Positions 22,591 to 34,980 are shown, counted from the stretch's first letter. The stretch is 64,000 nt of DNA from Vicugna vicugna (GCA_013265495.1 MU058423.1:2681061-2745060); one strand, 5' to 3'. Numbers and translations: made by a program. Notes: a model not told the origin generated them from the sequence alone.

Positions 22591-24365
22591 TCACATTTCC
22601 ATTTTCTTCCTTGGCAAGTAGGAGCTGGAGATCTGGTGCATGATTACCAGGGCTGGATAGAGGGGCAGCGCCAGGCACAGGTACCAGGCTGCACCTTTGA
22701 TCTGAGCTTGGAACCACACAGAGTGCATGCCCAGGAGCACGGTTACTGTAGCCATCAGGTAGACCACCAGTCCACACGTCAGATGGTAGAGCTTGAGGCG
22801 AGCCACCCTTGAGACCCTGGCTGCTCGGGGACAGAGGAGGCAGAGCCCACACAGTGCCTGACCACCCGTAGCCAGCAACGTCAGAGCCCCTACCCAGCTG
22901 TGCCAGGACACCAGGTGGGGCAGCTCACTGCGGGTCCTGCTGGAGACGATGAAGCCCAGGCCCAGGGCTGCACAGAGGATGGCTAGGCTCTGCCCCACCC
23001 AATGAAGTCGGATCCGGACCTTTCGGGAGCAGAAGAACAGGGAGTGCTCAGGCGAGAAGAGTAGGATGGCCTCAGCCATGCAGAGGCAGAACTGTGAACA
23101 CAGGAGAGGGCCAGTGAGCCTCAGGCCCAGCTTGGAGTCCTAAGGGAAAGGAGGTGCCCTCATACATCCAACCAAGGAGGACAAAGGGCTAAAGAACTCC
23201 CACCAGGGCTGCTTGCCTCACAGGTCAGCATTTCTGGGCAGAACTGGGAATTCACACTTGAGTGGAAGTCTCATCGTTAAGGCTGACAGCCATGTACCCC
23301 CTCCACCTCCTCCACAGACAGACTCTCATTTCTTGACCAATGGGAACGGCAAATGTTAAACTTCCTCCTGAGTTTTGCGGGTGGGAAGTGACTGGATTAC
23401 ACCCCTTCCACTTCCTCCTTTTAGGCTCTAGTGGAGAAAGAAATGGTATCTTCCATGCCCTCTCATCCCCTTCAACCACCTGATTACCTACAGCCCAGCC
23501 CTGTTTCCTAATCCATAGGTTGCAAGGGAAAAATGGGGCCTTGGCTGTTCCCCACCACCAACCTCTCTGAGCCTTAGAAAGGCTAAGCCTTCTGAAGGCT
23601 GGATGCTTCCTTAGTGGCACATCCAAACAAATCACCTGCAGAAAGAAGCCCAAACTCACCGCCAAGGCCATGAATACAGGGTGCCAGGAGAAAAGACCTA
23701 AGAATCAAAGAGAACAGACTGATGGCTGGGCACCATTCTTTCTGCCCCAGTGGCTGGCTGGAACCCAAAGAATCTGGCTAAAGGGGAAAGGTCAGTGTAC
23801 TGTCTCCAACCCTGATCAGTAATCAGGAACTCGGGGCAAAGTGGAGCTGCCAAAGGGCCTTACGGTGAGCAACCAAGAGGGCAAACATACCAGTTTGGCC
23901 TGAGTTCCTCATTCAGCACCTGGCAGCTATCAGCCCAGTCCTGGAATAGACCTCGGCTTCCCTTCTTTTACTTGTATCGTCCATGAGGGACTCTGCTTAT
24001 GATGAACTAGAGTTCAGTTGGCTTCAGTCGTCTCCTCTCCTCCCAGCACCTAAAGCCCCACCCCAGGGCCACGCCCCACCGCGCCCTTACTTCCCTCCAC
24101 ATCCAGCCCTCCACTGCTAGGGTCCCCACTCCATGCCTTTTAGCGCTCCCAAGTGCTGCCCCTCCAGCTTATAGGCTCCGCCCCCCTCCTTGGCCCCGCC
24201 CCTCCGTGCACACTCACTGGTTCCTGGCCGGGACAGCACAGTCAGAAAGATGGTGAAGCCCAAAGCGACCAGGTGCGCCAAGATCCCACTGCCTCTTCGC
24301 AGCCAGCGGGTCAGTCTCGCCTCCCTCGGCGGAGCGGGAACCAAACCTACCTCCAGGGGCTCCAT
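22591..24365 (-). CDS. CYB561D1: Cytochrome b561 family member D1, 228 aa; complement join(24218..24365, 23660..23697, 22591..23091)
   Basis: Exon 1 encodes MEPLEVGLVPAPP...SRPGT, exon 2 SLFSWHPVFMALA, exon 3 FCLCMAEAILLF...RKKMEM*. Boundaries are GT-AG and phases agree (148+38+501=687 nt). Heme-ligand-type His motifs WHP, RLHW, SWHS and LYH are present. Confidence 0.95.
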
Positions 24366-24600
24366 GACAGTGCCCGACCGCCGCACTCTCCCAGCTGCCA
24401 GGGCGCGTCTTCCGGGTTTGCGATCGCGGAGGCGGCCGTGGCCGCGGTAGAAGCTCCTCCCTGGGAGGCTGCCGGCAATGCGGCGGACTCGCCCACAGCG
24501 CCCTCTGGAGGCTGGGGGGAAAGCGCAACTGCCCTGGACAGCCCCGAGGGCAGAAGGCGACGGGACAGCTGGGGGGGGGGGCGCCCTTGTTTCTTCAGCC
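24150..24600 (-). promoter_or_regulatory. CYB561D1: CpG island / CYB561D1 promoter with an ETS-type CCGGAAG (24409-24415) and a CTCF-like motif (24496-24511)
   Basis: CpG-rich region spanning exon 1; motifs read directly from the sequence. Confidence 0.75.
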
Positions 24601-25310
24601 AACCTCCTTTGTGTGTTTACGTCTACATAGGCTTATGGGGCTTATGTCTGAAGTAGCCTGTGGAAACTACATTTATGGCAACTGATTTCACCCAAATCAC
24701 AAATCTGGTACACTGAACCAAGAGTGTGAAAACCAGTGTTTTGAGCAGTTTTCCAGAAATATTGGATTTCCCTGGTTGCCCACTCTCTCCTGCCATCCCT
24801 TCTGTCTTGTTAAGGGAATAAGATTCCTCCCTGCCTAAAAGCAAGGAGAATGAAAGAAAAGGATAATGCCAAAAACTAGTACACTTTGAAGACCAAAGGA
24901 AGGACAGGCAACAGTTGTATCCCTTATCTGTACGGTAGTCGTTTCCCCCAGTGAGACAAACGGAAAAACTAGGGCACTCCCAACCCTTGCCGCCTCCACA
25001 CAATCTGCTCAGCCCTAGGGATCCAGGTGATCCTGAGGGACCAGGGCCTCCCACACGCCTGCTGCCTCCCACACCAAGGGAAGTTCTGTAAACGATCATA
25101 CCTTTTCCCTTCCTGCCTCCAAAAAAAAAAGGCGTGGTTCAGATTAAGGAGGCCTACCTGGGAGGGGCTGCATTCCTTCTTTAAGGGTAAACCCACAGGG
25201 CAGGGAGAGAGCAAAACTGGCTATCCCAAAGAAATCAGGGACATCCTGAGAGCAGTTACCAACTCAAGCTTCAGGGGTTGAGAAAATAAGGCTACTACTA
25301 AGAGGCAGCA

Positions 25311-25440
25311 CATGAAATCACTTATATGTGGAATCTAAAAAAATGACACAATGAACTTATCTACAAAACAGAAACAGACTCAGACACAGAAAGCAAACTT
25401 ATGGTTACCAAAGAAGAAATGGGGGAGGGATTAAAAAAAG
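25311..25440 (+). mobile_element. L1 3' UTR fragment between ATXN7L2 and CYB561D1
   Basis: TCACTTATATGTGGAATCTAAAAAAATGACACAATGAACTTATCTACAAAACAGAAACAGACTC...CTTATGGTTACCAAAG is a typical laurasiatherian L1 3' end. Confidence 0.75.
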
Positions 25441-26044
25441 AGAGAGAAAGAGCAGGAACAGCTGAAGAAACTGAGGCAGTAATTCAGAGATAGGATGGAG
25501 GCCTTGGGTTGCTGGAAGACCAGAGAAGGGCCACAGGCTGACTCCCACAGACCCTCAAGACAAAGCTCCAAGAGTAGAGCCAGAGGGGTGGCCCCCCTCC
25601 CCCAATGTTTCCTTTCCCACTGGGACTGCAGTTGTCCCTTTGCTCACTTGGAGCCACATGCCTTCTCATCCTAAGACTCCCCCAATGATACAACCGCCCC
25701 AGCCATTCCCACAGTTTAAAAGGACAAAAAATATACACGCATAAGGGAGTTTTTCGCAGGCAAGGGATGGGAGCTGTAGTCTGCCCATCATCTCAGCCTC
25801 CTGGGGTGCGGCTGGGGACAGTAAGGATACTCATTTTGTTACATTTCTTTCCTTCTTTTTCTGTTTCTGTTTTTATATTTTCTTAGCAGCAACAGAACAG
25901 GGAGACAGTCTTGAGGTATTTTAAAGAGTTTTTTTTTCTTAAAAAAAATAATATAAAGTTATAAAAAGCGGCAGCAGCCTGGGGCCCGGATCTGGAGGGG
26001 AGGAGGTGCTGGCGGCTCCATCGCAGTGGGCAGGCACTTTCTCG

Positions 26045-29000
26045 TTAATGGGCTTTTGACTGCAGGAAGAGAAGAGGCAAGAGACAGGGTCAGCTGGGGG
26101 AACTACTCGTCCTCCTATCCAGTGAATTGTGTGGGCCATAAAAGCTAAGGCTTGATTTTTTCCTGCTGGACTGGTGAGTAGAGCCAGACAAGAGGGAAGA
26201 TGAATGCCAGCCCAGCAGAGGCAGCTGGAGAACACCTATGCACACGTGTGATACACACACACTCAGGCCCTGGGCAACTGTCACACTCACTACTCTCATA
26301 TGGGTGCCAAAGGTGTTGGTATGCACCTGGCCAGTGCCTAAACTAGGAGGGCATCCCCTCTTCCCATTTCCAGTATGTCCCTCCTGGCTAAGATCATATG
26401 GCTAGCTCATAGCTCCAGGCCTCCTAAGAGGCAAATAAGCCTGGCTGCTGGCTTTATTAGAAACTCCGGAGAACTTGCCCGGTGCCTGAAAACCTGGCAG
26501 TGGGTAATGTGCAAGGTGGGCATACATGCATATGGAGACCTTGGGTTGTGTCCCTGCCCCTTCCTGCCCTGATGCCCAGAGGCAAAACCAATGAACAAGA
26601 CCCACCCCCCTGACCATGCCCAGCATGTTAGGTGTTAGGCCACAGCTCAGGGACCCAAGCCCAACCCCACTGCCCAAACCTTTCTTATCAGAGCTCATGG
26701 AGTCCAACTTCCTTTCCTTCAGGGAACAGAGGTAGCTCCAGTTCCTGGAGTGAGGGCCACAGCCATTTCAGAAAGTGGCCCTTTGATTAAAGCAAAAGCG
26801 GGGGAAGGGGAAGAGGCAGAGGCAGCATCTCTTTAGCCCCAAGGGAGAGGGCTGGGGACAGGGGAAAGCACATTAAGCAAAAGCTGGGATCACCCCTCCC
26901 GAAAGAAGATGGCCCAGCAACTCTCTCTCAACTTCCCCTATCTGCCCTTCCAGGCACAAACATTTACTCAGCACCCTTTTTGTCAGGTTCCCACTGTGCA
27001 CTCTACCCACATCCATCCTGACCCTTCCCTTTCCCTGCTCTTCAGGGAGCTGGGCTGGTACCTTCAGTGTAGAACACTTCTCCTCAAAGGCCAGGGCTGG
27101 ACCCGGCTTCTTGCGGCGCACAGAGCAGGCCGCATCAGCAGGGGCACCAGCCTGGCAGTGCTTAGCCTTCACTGGCCGGCAGTAAGTGGCCAGGTTTTTC
27201 CGCTTCTTGGCTACCTCCTCCTCAGAGAGGCAGTTGGTTGGCAGGGCCTTGGCCGGATGTCCAGCCGCTCCCCGGCTGTCCAGCTGAGAAGCCTTGACTG
27301 GTGTGGGGGGCTGGTGAGGGGAACCCCGACAGTCCAGGGGCCCTGCCCGCTTCACTCTTGGCCCCACCGTCCCATTAAGCCCCATGCCCAGAGCTGCTTT
27401 AGTCTTGGCCGAGAGGCCCCGGCAGCCAGAGGGTTTGCCTTTTCCAGTGGGCTCCAAGATGCAAGTCCGCTTGAAAGTGGTGGGGCCAGGGGATAACTTT
27501 CGCTTTCGAGAAGGAGCCTCCACCTCAGGCCCGTCCTTGCCTTTGGATGACTTGCTGGCCTTCGAAGGCGGGAGCTTGCTGAAGGACGGGGATGGAGTGT
27601 TGGCAGGCAGTGGTGAGGTGATAGCCTGGCTCCCGCCCATGCACTCCGCCTGGCTGCAGGCGGCTGCCACACTGGGGGAGCCTGTAGGGTAGCTGGGGAC
27701 AAGGCTGTCCTTGGTGGGGGGCGTAGAGGCTGGGCAGGCAGGTCTGAGAGGTGGGCCTGGAAGGCGGGGGCAGCTGCCTGTAGAGGACGGGCTCAGGGGA
27801 GCAGATGGGGGGGAGCTGACAAGGTGGGATGGAGGCTCAGCCGCCGGTGGGATCTTCCTGCAGCAAGAAGAAAGCCCCACTGTGATGCCAAGCAAACAAG
27901 AGGGCCTCCCTACCAACATACACCAGTCTCTCTGCCCCACCTAGAATTGGCCCAGAAGAGCCCTGGTAGTGCTGCCATCTGCTGGGAGCTGCTGGAACTG
28001 AGGGTTAGGAAGAAGGCACAGGGACAGGCCGGAATGAACCAGCATACAGACCCATTAAGAACCTCATTTTAAATCTCAGGTTGGCCATCCCCTAATCCTA
28101 GTAACCCAAAAGGTACTGGAAGTGATGGGTAAGAGTCCAGATTCACTCCCAGACCTATTCATGCCCTGCATTAGCCCAGCTCCAGGCTGCCAAATCTCCC
28201 AACCACCTCTTCATGCTACCTGGGTCTTCCTAGCAAACAGCCAAGCCCCAACTATAGGTAGGCATAAAGAATTAGGACCTCTGAAGCCCATGTATGCCTG
28301 GGGCTTGGGGAGGGAAGTTCTGGGGCTAAGAGACTCACTTCCACATGTGTGAACTGAGGTGCCGTTCCAGCATGGAGCTCAGTGCCGAGCAGAACCGGTC
28401 CAGCCGGCGGCTAAACACGTAGCATCCTGGACTCACCAGTCGGCTCCCAAAGGTGCAGAACTGGAGGTAAAAGGAAGGTACATGGTTGGCAGGGCCTGAA
28501 ATGCAGGGAGGGCACCTGCACACAGGATCTGACCTCCTCCCCACACTGGGGGCTAGGAGGGCTGGGCCACCTCCCACCCCAGGTCCCGGCTCCAGGTCCT
28601 TACCGCCTGTGGCCGAGGGGGCCGGGTTGCATAATGGCAGTCAGTGGGGAGGTGGAGGTCATCAGATGTCCCCTCCTCCTCACTCTCCTCGCTGGAGGCC
28701 TGGGCCCCACCCCGGGGCAGGGGGAAGGGGAACAGGCCTGGGTCCCCATCACCACCACAAGGGCCTTCATCATCCAACTCACTCTCAGAGGAGGCCCGGG
28801 ACCTGGAAGGGCCAAAGGGGATGTGAGGGCGATGTGATGCGAGTGGGTCAGGGTGGGGGGTGTCCCTGAACCCGCCAAGCTCAAAAAGCCAGGGCAGACA
28901 CCCTGCTGGGCAATCAGACAAAGAGGAAGGAGGACAGGAAGGGAGGGAACAACAGAGCTCACAGAGTAAGAGCCAGAAAGATCAGGGGCCACAGCTCCCG

Positions 29001-32000
29001 AGGGATTCTCTCCCCAGCCCCTTCACTTCCCAGGCCCTGCCTCCTCAGGGGGAAATCTGCTCCAGATTCGCCTCCTCCAGAAAATCTTCTGAGATTAACT
29101 GCACCCAGCTCTGGTCAGCCCAGTCAATTTTCTCAACCCCCTTCTTGCATCACATATTCCTGTGAGCCTGTCTGTGAGCTGAGCCTGTGTTTCGTGTCTG
29201 CCCCTCGTGTTACAGGCAGAGATGCGTGTGTGTCTCCTTCGGCAAGGCAGGCTCTCCCCGGGGTCCAGCGCAGCCTCTGCACACGAAGGGGCCAGTAAAT
29301 AAATACACAATAGGACTGCCTCACCCAGGACCCTGACCCTTTTGGCTCCCCAGTTACAACTTTTGGCCTGTTGGAAGCAGCTAGGAAAATGTTTTTATCC
29401 TGGATGTTGGAACTGGCACACTACAGAGGCTGGGGCGCTGCAGTATGCTGAGTTAGGAACACCTCCGTCCACTGCCAGGGGTCCCTCCCCCCACACTCAG
29501 GGTAGAGTGATCAGCATCTTTCAAGACACTCCCTGGGCCTGTCTCCAGGGGTCCCTGATGGCTTGGGGCCACGTTTCCCCAGGTGGGGTGGGGACTGGAT
29601 CTTGGACGTACCTGGGCAGTACACAGTATGGGTAGGTCTGCTTGGCACGAGCAGAGAAGGTGCTGCTGGGAGCAGCCGCTGCTGCCACAACCTGGACTGA
29701 GGAGGGGGGCTCCTGGGAGGGGCGCTCGAGAGCTGGCTCCTTGCGCCCTGGGCTCTTCTCCTTGGGAGACTCCCCTTTGCGGGAGTTGGCCTTCAGCTCT
29801 GCCACTAGCACGTCAAAGTCCTTGGCTCGGCCCTGGACCTCCCGGCGCTGGTGCACTGAGTGGATCTAGAATACAGCAGGGTGGAGGGTGGGGAGGGGGT
29901 GTGAGCTGAGCAGGGGTGAGGGGGCAACGGTGAGCTCTGGCCTGGGCAAGTGGAGAGAGAGGGTGTGTGAGTGTGTCTGTGGATGTGTTTGTCTTTGTTT
30001 CACTCCTCGACAGTGCCAGAACCCCTCTTTGGAAGCCACCCCCTCCCTGCTGTCCCCACCCTGAGCCCACCAGGGCAGACTTCTCTCCCCTTGCCTGGTC
30101 TGGGCTTAACCCCCATGGCTTGATCTCACTTCCCCTCCTCGCCCCAGGCCCGTGTCTGTGCTGTTCTCCCTCACTATGCAGTGGGAGTGGGGGTTACCTT
30201 GCAGGTCAGCAGGCGGGTACAGATCTTTTTGGTCTCTGGATTTATTACCCCACACTGCCTGTTGAGGTCGCACTCCTTCCCTGTGAAGAAAGCGGTTGCC
30301 ATAAGCCCCAAGGCCATTTCCAGGAGGCCCATGGGAGGATCTGGCCTCTTCGAGCAAATGGCTTGGGAAGAGCTGGGTCTAAGGCAAGAGAGCCACAGGC
30401 CCCCAAGTTTGGGGTCGCAGCCTTCCAGAGAAACTCCTCCAGGCATCGGCAGCTCTCTGCTGGGCGCAAGAACCATCCCATCCCCATGCCCAGCCCAGAC
30501 ACTCCTCTGGGGGCTCCAAGCCCCAGGCAAAGCAACACATATCAAGAAACAAAAGCAGCCACAAGCATCTGGGATGCCAGGGAAACCAGATGTGGGAGGT
30601 GTCTGGTGCCCTGGATCTAGGTGAGGAAAGAGATAAAGGTCAACAGCCCAAGGTGAGGACGAATACCTTCACCTTGGACATAGGCTCCCTTAGCCTTAAT
30701 CAGGAGATCTGAGCTGAAGAGAATCTTGCAAGAAAGCAAGCAGGTCAAGTGTCCACGTCAAGGGATGACCAGGGGCTTCTGTACCCTGGCAACCTGTGAT
30801 GGCCAGACCCACTCTTTCTTGACCCCCTCTCCATCAGGCCCCAGGACAAAGCAGTCCAAAGAATCCCCACTCTACCTTCCTGACCCCAAGACCACGACTA
30901 CTCACGAGCCATCTTCCGGTGGGTTTTGGGGGGAAGCCTGGCCCCACCAGGCTCCTTTTCAGGGGGGCTGCCTTCAGCCCGGTGACTGGGGCCCTCGTTG
31001 GGGGTTATCTCGATGCTCTCTCTGCCAGGAAGTTCTTTAGAAGGGGACACCATGGGGTTTTTTCCAGGGGAGTCCTTGGTGAGGCCGCCAGGCTGGCTGA
31101 GGAAAGCAGAGGGCGGGGCCACCCTGATTCCGTGTCCATCAGGCTTCGGGAGACTGGACATCTTCTCCAGATTCACCACAGGCACGAAAAGGCTATACGT
31201 GGAGAGAGGGTGTAGGCTGGGAGGTAGGGAGGCTGGGCCTGGGCCCTGGACTCTAGCCCAGAGCCATCTCCTTTCTTGGCCCTGGGACTTGGGTGGGCTA
31301 CTGCAGGGGTGCAGAACATGGGAAAAGGGGACCCCATATTCCCTGAGGCAAGGGTCTGGGAGCTGCAGAGAGAGCTGGCAGCCTCCTGCTGTGAGCAGTG
31401 CCCATCACCCTACAGCTGCCTCAATTTCTGTCAACCCCTCCCTGGGCTCGGGTCAGGGCTGGTCTTAGGGAGTCTCCAGCCTTTCCTTACCAGAGGCTGT
31501 CCTTCTGGGTCTTCTCAGGAGGCTGGTGGCCACGGCTGCGAGACCCCTGGCCCTTCTCCCTGGAGGAGGTTTTGGTAGAACCTGGGGCTCTACAAGCTGG
31601 GCCCTGCCCATTCACTACATGGCATTTCTGAGAGCTGGCAGGGGCTGGAGGTGGGGGTGGGGCCCGGGCGTAAAGCTTGCTGAGGGGCCCATGTCTTCTT
31701 TCTGTCACCAGGAGGTGGAGAGAGTAATCGAGGTGAGTGGTATCAACTGCCTCCTTCCCCAACCTCCTGACACTGCTCACAGACTCATGGTAGAGAATCT
31801 GGAGTTCTCAAAACTTAGATTTTAAATTTTATCTCCTTCCCATTTGAATTTGAGCCTCCAAGACTCAAAATTCTAGAATCCAGCTTCTTGAACCTCTTAG
31901 CTCTTCTCAAATGCTAGAACTTTACCCCCATCCCAGATGCTACATGTTTGCTTAAACAATAACCCCAACTCACTACCATCTCTGAAGCCCCTCCCACCCC

Positions 32001-34733
32001 AGATCTTCCATATTCCCAAAGCCTCCCTCAGTTACCCACATGACCTCCCAACTGACCCCATCCTCAGAGTTCCATGTTCCATCTTCCTCTGTCCCCTCTA
32101 TCTCCTCCCTAGGGCTCCCCAGTATCTCCTCCCTAGGGCTCCCCTCACCGCAGTGCTTCTGGAAAGCTTGAGGCTTCACCACTTGGCTGCAGTGGTTACA
32201 CACAACCAAATAGAAGTCGTCATGGGCAGGGCAGTGCCCAAAGATGGACATGTCTGCAATGACAGAAGCCATTATCACTGGGGCTAGGGACCCCAGGGTT
32301 CCCCTGTAAGAGCAGAGAACAGTCCCATCCGCCGCTCAAATGACACTTCCCCTCCCAGGTGATATGACAGGCTTTATCCTGGACACTCCCAGCTTCCAGA
32401 GTTCAATCTAACCAGTCCCTAAGAATGTGAGCTTTCAGGTGAATGAGCACCAAACACCTATGATTAGGATCTCCCACAATAGGTCACAGGAGCCCGGGGA
32501 ATGGGCTGACCCAGACCTATCAAAGCGAGAATCCCCAGACCTGTGGCTTCAAGCAGCCACCTCCTGGGATGTGGCAGAAGAGAGGAAGGTGGTCCTGTCT
32601 GCCCTGGGCCCCCGCCTGAATGTGTTGACTCCCACCTTCTTTAATGAGGGTCATAGCATCCAACTTCTTCATGTTTTTGTTACTCTCCTCCAGCTCAGCC
32701 CCTGGAGGAGAAACACAGCTCAGAAGGACCACTCCCAAGCCAGAAGCCCCATCTCCAACCCAACCACGGCCTGCAGCTAAGCAGTAGGAAGCCCTCACTC
32801 CTTGACAAGCACCTCGTGCTCAGGATCGCTTAGAGAACCTTTCAGTGGATCATTCTCAAGTACCCCTTTTCCTTCACCTGCTACCTCCAGAATGAACTGG
32901 CCCCACTGGGAGGGATCCAGCCACCTTTCTTGTGGATCCTTCACTCCAAGGTGCAGTTCAGGATTCCACTGATGACTAGTTGGGTGACTATGGATAATTA
33001 TCTATTTTCTGGGCCTGCTTCTCCATTTAAATGGGAAACAATCCTTAACATATTTTAGTATAGATCCCCGAGTCTCTTGAGATTTTGCAGATGGGTCCTT
33101 TCTGCTATTCTGTGGCATCCCAAACAATCTTCCAGGTTCCCATCCCCAGTTTTGTTCCAGTTGGGTTGCCATGGCATTGTCAAAGTTACTCCCAGCTTCT
33201 CAGGTCCTGCATTGCCAGGATGGTCATAGAGCAGAGAAACCGCTGTCTTAGGGCCCTTCAGCATCTTCAAAGTCCCTTTGGTCAGTTACAAAAGCCCTTT
33301 TCCTCTTAAGGGGGGGGCGGTTTGGGCAAGGGCTGCCCTTGTACCTCAGTTTCTGGGTTGATGACAAAAACATCTTAGCTGTGCAAAGCAATTCTTTCCC
33401 CATCCCCCTACCTTACTCCTCACCCCTCCCTCCTCTACGCCCCCTCCCTGTCCCTTGGAAAAAAAATCAATTCTGAGTCACCAAACCCGTCTGATTCCAT
33501 TTCCGGTTCTCAATGCACCCAGACCCTGACAATGGCCCCATCCTTGCCCACCCAGCATGGGGTAGTTCTGGGGTGACCTGAGTTCCCCCCACTTAGGTCT
33601 GCTTCTGACACCTACTAACAGACTCGCCCCTTTTTAGAAGGCTAAGAATACTGACAGTCTTATATAATCTCCAGATATGAGGGGTGGTGGGTTAGGTGTG
33701 CAAGAGACAAGGGGCAGCTCCCACTCTTAAGTCTGTTAAAATGCAGTGATGGACAGAACTAAGCTGGGAGTTGGACGTCTCAGAGGAGAACAAGCGTCAT
33801 CAGAGACCGCTCCATGTGGTCTCCTCCTCCACCTCTTCTCACTTGCAAACTTCTTCAGGGGCGTGATGCCTGCTGTCACCCCAAAGGCCACGAGGCCAGA
33901 TGCCCCCTGGGGCCCAGGAGACAAAGATCAGGAGAAGAGACTGTCAGCCCGCTCACCAAAAGCACTCAGGGGCCTAGAGAAGGTGGGGGTCAGGAGAGAG
34001 AGCCTAGGAGGCAGGGCAAGAGGCCCGGGAAAGGACGGAGGGTTGGAGGCATGGATGGATGGACGGAAGGAGGGAAGAAGGAAGGATGGATAGATGGATG
34101 GACTGACTAATGCGGAGGTGGCGGGGGTCCAGTGGCACTGCAGCCGGCAGGCAAACGCCGAAGAGGAGCAGGAGGTGTGGGGCAGAAGGCGAAGGAACGG
34201 GGTGGGGGCGGGGAGGTTGGGAGGGGACACACAAGTGGGGTGCGTGGGAAACACGTGGAGAGGACTGTTGCAGATGGGGAAAGCCCGAGGCAGGTGCAGG
34301 AGGGGCGGAAGCTGGAGGGCAGCAGGCAAGGAGAAACATAAAAGCAAGCAGATGTGGGGGCAGGTACTGGGCAACGGCAGAGGCAGAGGTGGGCAGGGTG
34401 GGCTGCTGGCGGTGAGCCGGCGCTAGGACCCGGAGGCGCGAAGGTGGAGGAGCGGGCGGGCACTAGGACCCGGCGGGTCCTTTGTTTGGGGGGCCGGGGA
34501 GCCGGACGGCGGCTCCCGTCGGTGGCTCCCCTCCGCTGGTGGGGGCCCGGAGGGGGGGAGGGGAGACACTGATGGGGTCCTCGGAGTCTAGGGGAGCTTC
34601 ACTCACCGTCGGCCGCGGGCAGCTCCGCCCGCTCCACCCACGAGCTCCAGCTCTGTCCCGCGAAGTCATCGAGACTCGGCACCCGCCGCTCCAGAGCGGC
34701 CATTGCTGCCGCCGCGCGTTCACGCACCGCCAT
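26045..34733 (-). CDS. ATXN7L2: Ataxin-7-like protein 2, 754 aa, 11 coding exons; complement join(34607..34733, 32636..32701, 32149..32253, 31491..31701, 30906..31192, 30198..30280, 29612..29865, 28604..28802, 28339..28460, 27062..27857, 26045..26059)
   Basis: Starts [32 protein letters not shown]. Contains the ATXN7-family zinc finger ([21 protein letters not shown]), the SCA7 domain ([35 protein letters not shown]) and the family block [23 protein letters not shown]. Ends STLK|SKAH*. All introns are GT-AG, phases agree, total 2265 nt. Confidence 0.93.
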
Positions 34734-34980
34734 CACCGCCGCGGACGCGCGCCCGCCCCGGCGCCGCCGCCGCGCGGCCCCCTCCCCGCATCCTCGCCGC
34801 GGGCACGCCTTCCCTCTCCCTCCCACCTTTCCAGCTCACTCTTGCGCAAGCGCAGCACTAGTTGCCGTCCCCTCACCCTCCCTTCCGCACAGCCTTCTGG
34901 GAAATGTAGTCTTAGAGGTGGTGCGGTTGCCTGGCGAGTTTGCAGCGAGAGCCCCTCCGAAATGCACGATTGCGGGGTGG
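34400..34980 (-). promoter_or_regulatory. ATXN7L2: CpG island / ATXN7L2 promoter with a ZNF143-type motif (34892-34911) and an NRF1-like motif (34843-34854)
   Basis: CpG-dense around exon 1. The minus strand reads ACTACATTTCCCAGAAGGC; the plus strand reads TGCGCAAGCGCA. Confidence 0.8.

Noticed and set aside
23912..23927. REST/RE1 site (TTCAGCACC here, and at about 12913-12921 on minus)
   Set aside because: Only the left half-site matches; there is no correctly spaced GGACAG.
26873..27940. 355-aa ORF as a stand-alone gene
   Set aside because: It is ATXN7L2 exon 10 plus open intronic flanks; clear splice sites lie at 27857 and 27062.
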